In this document: positions 56,601 to 63,459 of the stretch, piece after piece
Layout: every line of letters starts with the position of its first letter
How positions within the stretch are numbered: position 1 is the stretch's first letter
Assembly: GCA_051294375.1 (NCBI GenBank)
Contig: CM119263.1
Span: 29,505,134 to 29,568,592 of the forward strand
Direction: 5' to 3'
DNA from: Paraspadella gotoi
Lineage: Eukaryota > Animalia > Chaetognatha
Length of the DNA stretch: 63,459 nt
Position numbers and translations under genes: made by a program
The notes under the pieces: generated by a model
Told to the model about the DNA's origin: nothing
The model's database searches: none
What the model saw: only the letters and a program-made list of their open reading frames with translations

Positions 56601-59204
56601 TCTGTTTAGTGAAATACTAAACATAAGAGCTCTGAAAATGAGACATTAGCATAAGAATCCCGGATGAGTGTCCATACACTAAACGGTTTTTGTTAATCAG
56701 TTATAGAAACTACATATAAATAATCAGAAATATGAATAGGTGTGATATTTTAGAAGGGTATATTATTATGTTATATATAGTCTGGGGAGTAGTCCAATAT
56801 GCTTGTTCAATTATATATAAGTAAAAATTTATCAGGAATCCTAATGAATAAACGTTATCGGATGGTAAATTATAAATATCGGTCTATCTGTTCTGCATAT
56901 GCCATTAGATCCAGAAGTCCACTAGAGGGCTTCGTGACTGCAACCATTGGACGATAAAATTTCCGAGAGGTAGGTCTGCGAGAAGACGTTCGATCAGAAG
57001 TGTATTGATGGAACTCAGACTCTCCAGAGGAGCGTCTTTGCGCAGAAATATACTATCCGCACCTATTGTTGATTACTCTGATTTTCCATCTGCTTAGTTT
57101 GTTGTCTTTCTAATCCGTTATTCTTACACTCGGTCGGTTGAGGGGTCGACGGCCGTGGATAAGAGAAACTCGAGAGCTTTCCCGGTCTCTTTTCAATAAT
57201 GTTAACTTTGAGAAACTTTAACTTTTAGATCAATCCTTAATTAACTTATTTATTCAACCTTAATAATAAATAGCAGGATCTTGAATGATCATATTGTAAT
57301 ATTATGGTACCATTATCATGTCATTTATCTGCATGCGATAACTCTCCTTTAAACTAACCCTTCCCACTCACCGAGACCCAGTCGCCTCACCGGCGGCGAT
57401 TGATCCGCGTGACTCAAATTCATTCAGTAATTTTTCTTCGATTTCTGGTCCAACCTTTTTATTTTCTCTCTTCAGCTCGTACTCAACATATACGGTTCCT
57501 CGGCGTCGTCTCGAGCGATCGGGTGCTCGCCTCGATGCGCGTGAGCGCGGGTCGATCTCTCGGACTCGTTATCATCTCTCTCGGACGCGCGACTGAACGT
57601 CTCTCGCCCTTCGAAGCAAGGCGGATTGCGCCTCGCTTGTTCCGGGCAACCGTAAGCGGGCGTGCGTTACGGATTCTCGAAAGACTCTCTCCTGGCCGGC
57701 GGTTCCAAAAGCGCCACACGAGATTTGACTGGATCGAGGGAAGACGTTCCATCTGGTGAAAATTACGAGACGGGAAATATCTACGAATGAATCGTTCCAG
57801 ATTTGTTTAAACTCGCGCTAAACCTGTGGTGGCCAAAAAACGGGCAGAAAAGCCCTCCGCGGAATCCCAAGAACAAATAGCCAACGTCCATTAAAAGTAA
57901 GCGCACTTCTCGATGCGGTGGAATCGTCGTCAGAAGATTTTATTATCAGATCGGACTCTTGACTCAACGTCCTTCTCCTCAATTTGGCGCCAGCATTAAT
58001 TGCGCCTCGATTTTTGCCCCCCCCGCTCAACCACACGGTGACGCAACATCGGAAGGAATTTGACTAAAAAACAGAGAAGAAGATGATACTGAAATGACTG
58101 GAATGAACTGGATTATTCTTTCCTTCCTTTCCTCTCTTCACCCTCAATGAAGGGGATGACGACTCAGAGAGAAGGAGACTCTTGCAGGAGTACGCACATT
58201 TCTTTCCCAGGTACAAATCTCTTTAAAGCTTTTGTCGCCACAGAAGAGAAAAAAGTGAAAGGCGTCGGGCGGCGTCGGTCCAAGATCTCTCTCGGTCTCC
58301 TCTCTCTCTCTTCTCAGTTTCCGCCCTCGCGTTAAGTTTTTTCTTTTTTCTGTCTGTATGAGGTTCAGTGTGAATAGAGTGCAGACTCATACGCTTAAAA
58401 TGGAGCTAAGAGTCGCAATTTCGAGTAGGGCTTCCCTATTTGTGGGATGCAGGAATTTCTCTCTCTCGGCACACAAAAGACAACACTTTTTTCCCACCTC
58501 CCAGTATTGTTCTTGACTCGGAGACAGGACGCGAGAGGGAGTGGGAAGAAGGAGGGAGTAGAGATGAGAGTCAGAAGGGTAGGGATGTCTTAGCATTTGA
58601 GAAGAGATTAAGAGACGGAGAGAAGAGAGAGAAGTGACTGATGAGAGAGAACCTTGTATATGAAAGTCAGGAGAGAGATTTGAGAGGAGAGGAGAGAGAA
58701 AGAGGGAAGAAAGGAAAGTAGAGGAAGTGAATATCGCAGGACGAGAAAGAATGTACTAGGAGAACGAACGAGGAGATGAGCAACGTTCGAGATTGAGAAG
58801 AGAGATGAGGAGAGAAACGAGGAGAGAGAAACCAGAAGGTATGTTGGGTTAAGAGAGGAAATTAAGATGTATAGAATAAAAAAAAAAAAACAACTTTACG
58901 AAATGAGAAAATACTAACTTGAGCTGTCTTAGAGTTTTTTAATTTGTATAAACAAATATTCCACATATTGTGTTAAAACTTTCTTTTTTCACGTTGTGTT
59001 ATTTAGGGTTAATTGAAAATGACAAAGACCAAAAGTCCTGATGTAGTATAAAAAGGAAATTAGACAAGCCAAAAAAATTTATGACACCTTTGTTTGAATA
59101 ATAGACGGTAGGAGGTCAGAGGGAAGGGCTCTTCTGCTATTTAGTAGATGGACAGAGAGAGAGAGAGAGAGAGAAGAGAAGGACAGAGAGAAAGCTATAG
59201 TTGT

Positions 59205-59258
<54 letters not shown>

Positions 59259-59655
59259 AAAAGATATAAAAGGAGGAAAGGTCAATTTAGATTGGTAGAA
59301 TGAGAAAAGAGAATAAAGAAAAGAGATGGAAGTGAGTGAAGTAAAGATTAAGGAAGACGAGAGACAATAGAGACAGAAGACAGATAGAGAGAGAGAAGAG
59401 CCGTTGAGGGGGCGAGGATTCTAGTTTCGGGTCAAACGCTTGTCGTTTCAACGAAAAGGTGAGGCTCAGTTTTGTATGAGGGTGAGGCGGGTGAGAAAGA
59501 GAAGAGGTGAGGTGAGGTGAAGTGAAGTTGAAGTGATAAGCGAAGCGTTGAGGTGAGCTTCGTTTTGGGTGAGGGAAACGAGTTGGTAAGTGTGTAGTTA
59601 CGCTGCCAATTAGGGCATTGCAAAAAAAGTTTCACAGCGCTAATAGGAATGACAT

Positions 59656-59821
59656 GGGTATACCATCAGCTTATGACCATTAGGTACCGGAATCGATCCC
59701 CAATGGTACTTACCCCGCGGGAAACGTGAGGACGACGGCCCTAAGCCTCCTTGGGGGCCTGGAAAACCCTGAAGCCTGGTTCCAAACCCAGGACCCGTTT
59801 CATGGCCTCACTTAGCGCCTT
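59656..59821 (+). mobile_element. Second copy of SINE family B
   Basis: Colinear similarity to the reverse complement of 12371-12580 (ccatcagc.tatgacca.taggtaccgg, gcggga..cgtgaggacg, cccaggacccgtt.catggc, cacttagcgcctt). Confidence 0.7.
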
Positions 59822-61027
59822 TCTGAAGCACTTCTGAAAATGAATAAATGATTTTGTTTCGATTGACAAGTTATTAATGTTATCATTTGTTCATAGGGAA
59901 ATATTATCGTTTTTCCATTAAACTTTGGCTTAACACATCCTGTTGCTGTTTTTTAAAATTTTATTTCTGCAGGACCGTAAATAAAATTGTTTTGTTTCAA
60001 CTTCTCATCTATTTTTTCTTTTCAAATACGCCAACGACTTTCAATCGCTCATCTCCTGCGCCACTGATGACGGCAGATGGATCGGGGTCACCAGAAGCGA
60101 ATCCAATCCTTGACTCAACGATGTGTTCAAACGAGATCAGGATTATTTCCATTTCTTTTACTTGGGCGACCGTGAAACTATTTACCGACGAAATTTGTCT
60201 TTTGTAGTGAGTTAAAGTTTTCAGTTTTCTTGGAATGAGAGACAGAGACAGAGAGATATACAGAGTGAGGGAAAAAGAGAGAGAGAGACAGAGAGAAAAA
60301 GAAAGAGACAGAATCAATTTGCTATTTCGCTTCTTCAAATACGAAAAAAATTGTCGAGAAATAAATAAAAGGGCGACTTACTTTGCGTCTTAATGCCATT
60401 TCTCCTCCTCTTCAATTTTTNNNNNNNNNNNNNNNNNNNNNNNNNNNNNNNNNNNNNNNNNNNNNNNNNNNNNNNNNNNNNNNNNNNNNNNNNNNNNNNN
60501 NNNNNNNNNNNNNNNNNNNNNNNNNNNNNNNNNNNNNNNNNNNNNNNNNNNNNNNNNNNNNNNNNNNNNNNNNNNNNNNNNNNNNNNNNNNNNNNNNNNN
60601 NNNNNNNNNNNNNNNNNNNNNNNNNNNNNNNNNNNNNNNNNNNNNNNNNNNNNNNNNNNNNNNNNNNNNNNNNNNNNNNNNNNNNNNNNNNNNNNNNNNN
60701 NNNNNNNNNNNNNNNNNNNNNNNNNNNNNNNNNNNNNNNNNNNNNNNNNNNNNNNNNNNNNNNNNNNNNNNNNNNNNNNNNNNNNNNNNNNNNNNNNNNN
60801 NNNNNNNNNNNNNNNNNNNNNNNNNNNNNNNNNNNNNNNNNNNNNNNNNNNNNNNNNNNNNNNNGATTACATATTTAACCGGGCGTATAATTTGATAATA
60901 TATGTTTACCTCTTCGATTAATTTAGTTTTGCTAAATGATTTCAATTTTAGAAAATATGTATTCCACAGAAAGCAAAGAAAAAAAAACAGACGAATCAAA
61001 AATATCAAAAAAAGAAAAGTCATTCTT

Positions 61028-61186
61028 GGCTCTATTTTCCCAGAACGCCTCATTTCATCCGAAATTAAGTTATTTTTAAATTAAAAAAAAAATAAGGATT
61101 AGGTTAATGATTAGGGTTAGGGATTAGGGTTAGGAAGTAATTTTAAGATTAAAGAACAAAAATGGGGGCTTTTGGAAAATAGAGCC
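61028..61186. mobile_element. MITE with TIRs and internal TTAGGG-like repeats
   Basis: TIRs GGCTCTATTTTCCCAGAACGCCTCATTT / AAATGGGGGCTTTTGGAAAATAGAGCC; internal GATTAGGGTTAGGGATTAGGGTTAGG. Confidence 0.7.
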
Positions 61187-62424
61187 CAATTCTTTTTCCT
61201 CTTCAGTCGTTATTCAGTTCAGTAAAGAGACACAAAATCGTTTTTTCTTTTTATTATTCTTTTTGTCTTTTCTAATTTCAGCTTTGTTATTTCTTTTTGT
61301 CAAATTTTATCTNNNNNNNNNNNNNNNNNNNNNNNNNNNNNNNNNNNNNNNNNNNNNNNNNNNNNNNNNNNNNNNNNNNNNNNNNNNNNNNNNNNNNNNN
61401 NNNNNNNNNNNNNNNNNNNNNNNNNNNNNNNNNNNNNNNNNNNNNNNNNNNNNNNNNNNNNNNNNNNNNNNNNNNNNNNNNNNNNNNNNNNNNNNNNNNN
61501 NNNNNNNNNNNNNNNNNNNNNNNNNNNNNNNNNNNNNNNNNNNNNNNNNNNNNNNNNNNNNNNNNNNNNNNNNNNNNNNNCTCTCTCTCTCTCTCTCTCT
61601 GACGACGACCAAATCCTCAGTCAGCGAAATCCACTTTAGTTATGCGTCTCTTTCTCCAGTGCCCTTTTGCCACCTGTGCTCTTTTTCCACCCGTGCCCTT
61701 TTGCCACTTGTGCCTTTTAGCCACCTGTGACATTTTTCCACTTTTGCCCTTTTAGCGCTTTTACCATTTTTGCACTTTTGCACCTTTGCCAACCATTTTT
61801 TGGTGTTTAGCCACCAGATGATCACAAGCGCTATTCCTCCTTTTCTCTTTTGCTTTATTCTATTTGTTTTGTTCTTTTGCTATTTTGCTACTTTTCTCCG
61901 TTGCTTCTTGTCCAATGAATGCCACCCTCATTCCGTTTCTCCAGAACCCATTTCCCCCCCCCCGAGCCAAACCCCCGGATGTTCATTTCTCGCCCCGAAG
62001 CCAGAAAACCGCATCCGGGTTACGCTCAAGAGTCTTTCTCGTGACAATCGCAGATTTTCTAGTCGCTTCAATTTTCACGTGAGAGTGACATTGTGACGGC
62101 GACGGTTATATTCACTGGTCAGTGACATCTCGACCTCCGCTTATATGACCTTTTTTTAGTGACCTCGTCTCGTGACCTTGAGCTTTGACCTTCCGAGTTT
62201 TTGACTCAGATGTTTGACCCTCAGGGATTATGATCTTTGACCTCGGCCGAGATACGACGACGCTCAGGCTTTCATCTTCTTCGGCATCAAGGTCGGAGTC
62301 TTGGTGAGTGGCATTATGAAAGGCATCAAGAGTGGCATTGTGAGTGGCATAAAGAGTGGCAGGGTTTTTGTAAAATTTTTGATGTCCCTGAAGTGTAAAA
62401 AATGGATAAAACCATTATAAAATG

Positions 62425-62532
62425 ATTCATTCATTCATTCATTCATTCATTCATTCATTCATTCATTCATTTATTCATTCATTCATTCATTCATTCATTC
62501 ATTCATTCATTCATTCATTCATTCATTCATTT
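62425..62532. repeat. (TTCA)n microsatellite
   Basis: Seen directly. Confidence 0.95.
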
Positions 62533-63459
62533 ATTTATAAATAGGCTGATATTGTCTAATGTCCAATGTAACAGAAAAAATTTTTGGTAAAAAAATTATA
62601 AATATTGCCTAACATTTATTGCGAGGTGACAGATGTTTAATTTTATATTTTAACTCTATTGATCTCGATAAAAAATGCATATTGACCACAGTATGAGAGA
62701 CGTCGTTTCTGACATAATGACCCCCCCATAAGGACGACCCATCTGGAGTTGCTTCTAACCCTTTCCACAATAAGGACAGACGTTTTTAACCCCCGTAACG
62801 ATCCACGTCTCTCGCCTGGCATCTTGACCTCCATCCCGCCTGACGGACCAGGCCCTTTGTTTATTCCATCCTCGCGCGTCCTCCATCTCGAGAGAGACAA
62901 AAAAATATGGCGGCCGTTTTCCNNNNNNNNNNNNNNNNNNNNNNNNNNNNNNNNNNNNNNNNNNNNNNNNNNNNNNNNNNNNNNNNNNNNNNNNNNNNNN
63001 NNNNNNNNNNNNNNNNNNNNNNNNNNNNNNNNNNNNNNNNNNNNNNNNNNNNNNNNNNNNNNNNNNNNNNNNNNNNNNNNNNNNNNNNNNNNNNNNNNNN
63101 NNNNNNNNNNNNNNNNNNNNNNNNNNNNNNNNNTCGCGACTTTCTTATCCTTTGTTTTTGTTTCGTGGACTTTCTGTCTTTCTGTTTTTTCGATCTTTCT
63201 TCTGTTTTATTTTCTTTCTGTCTTTCTTTCTTTCTTTTTCCTACATTTTTCCTCATCTATTTTTTCTCTTTCTCTGTTTTCTTTCTTTCTTTCCCCCCCT
63301 TTTTTTTCTTTTACTTATTTTTTTATTTATCTTGTTTACTAAGGTTCTAAAAATAAATACAACGACGCGACACCATCTCCAAGAATAAATGATATGGCGG
63401 AGATTCGAACTCTGAACCTTTCGTATCGCGCAGCCCGGATTCGTAGCGTCTAATTTAAT

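Noticed and set aside
57400-57759. 119-aa GC-rich ORF
   Set aside because: Lies in an error-rich segment, with no motif or splice support.
62643-62900. CPYCGKG zinc-finger-like peptide on the minus strand
   Set aside because: Followed immediately by a stop codon, with no His pair.
63395-63450. tRNA gene on the minus strand (GAGTTCGAATCTC B-box)
   Set aside because: No complete cloverleaf could be folded, and it lies at the window edge; at most a SINE or tRNA fragment.

Overview
Eukaryotic (animal, invertebrate-like) draft-assembly window. It is rich in microsatellites ((CT)n, (GAC)n, (CAT)n), contains N gaps, and has several error-rich duplicated blocks that look like uncorrected long-read gap fill. 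Three genes can be read from it. (1) A Capicua (CIC) orthologue on + with 18 visible coding exons (3841-14691): ATXN1-binding motif, HMG box, conserved C-terminal blocks and C1 domain. Its start lies upstream, and one probable 1-bp error sits in a C-run. (2) A chain of five phase-compatible exons on the minus strand (~18513-24795, possibly extending to 34.5 kb) encoding an unrecognised, probably membrane-anchored protein. (3) The most interesting locus, 42606-46257 (+): two tandem, exon-duplicated DZIP3-type HEPN-like domains, an IRE1/RNase L-like kinase, a KEN-like ribonuclease and a C-terminal ubiquitin-like domain, with no luminal/TM region and no ankyrin repeats. It is a candidate novel soluble RNase L/IRE1-type effector, but indels break it in the noisy segments. 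The window also holds tRNA-derived SINEs and several non-autonomous TIR elements (hAT-, Kolobok- and Tc1-like, plus a MITE with telomere-like internal repeats). All domain calls come from reading motifs by eye; no database search was run.
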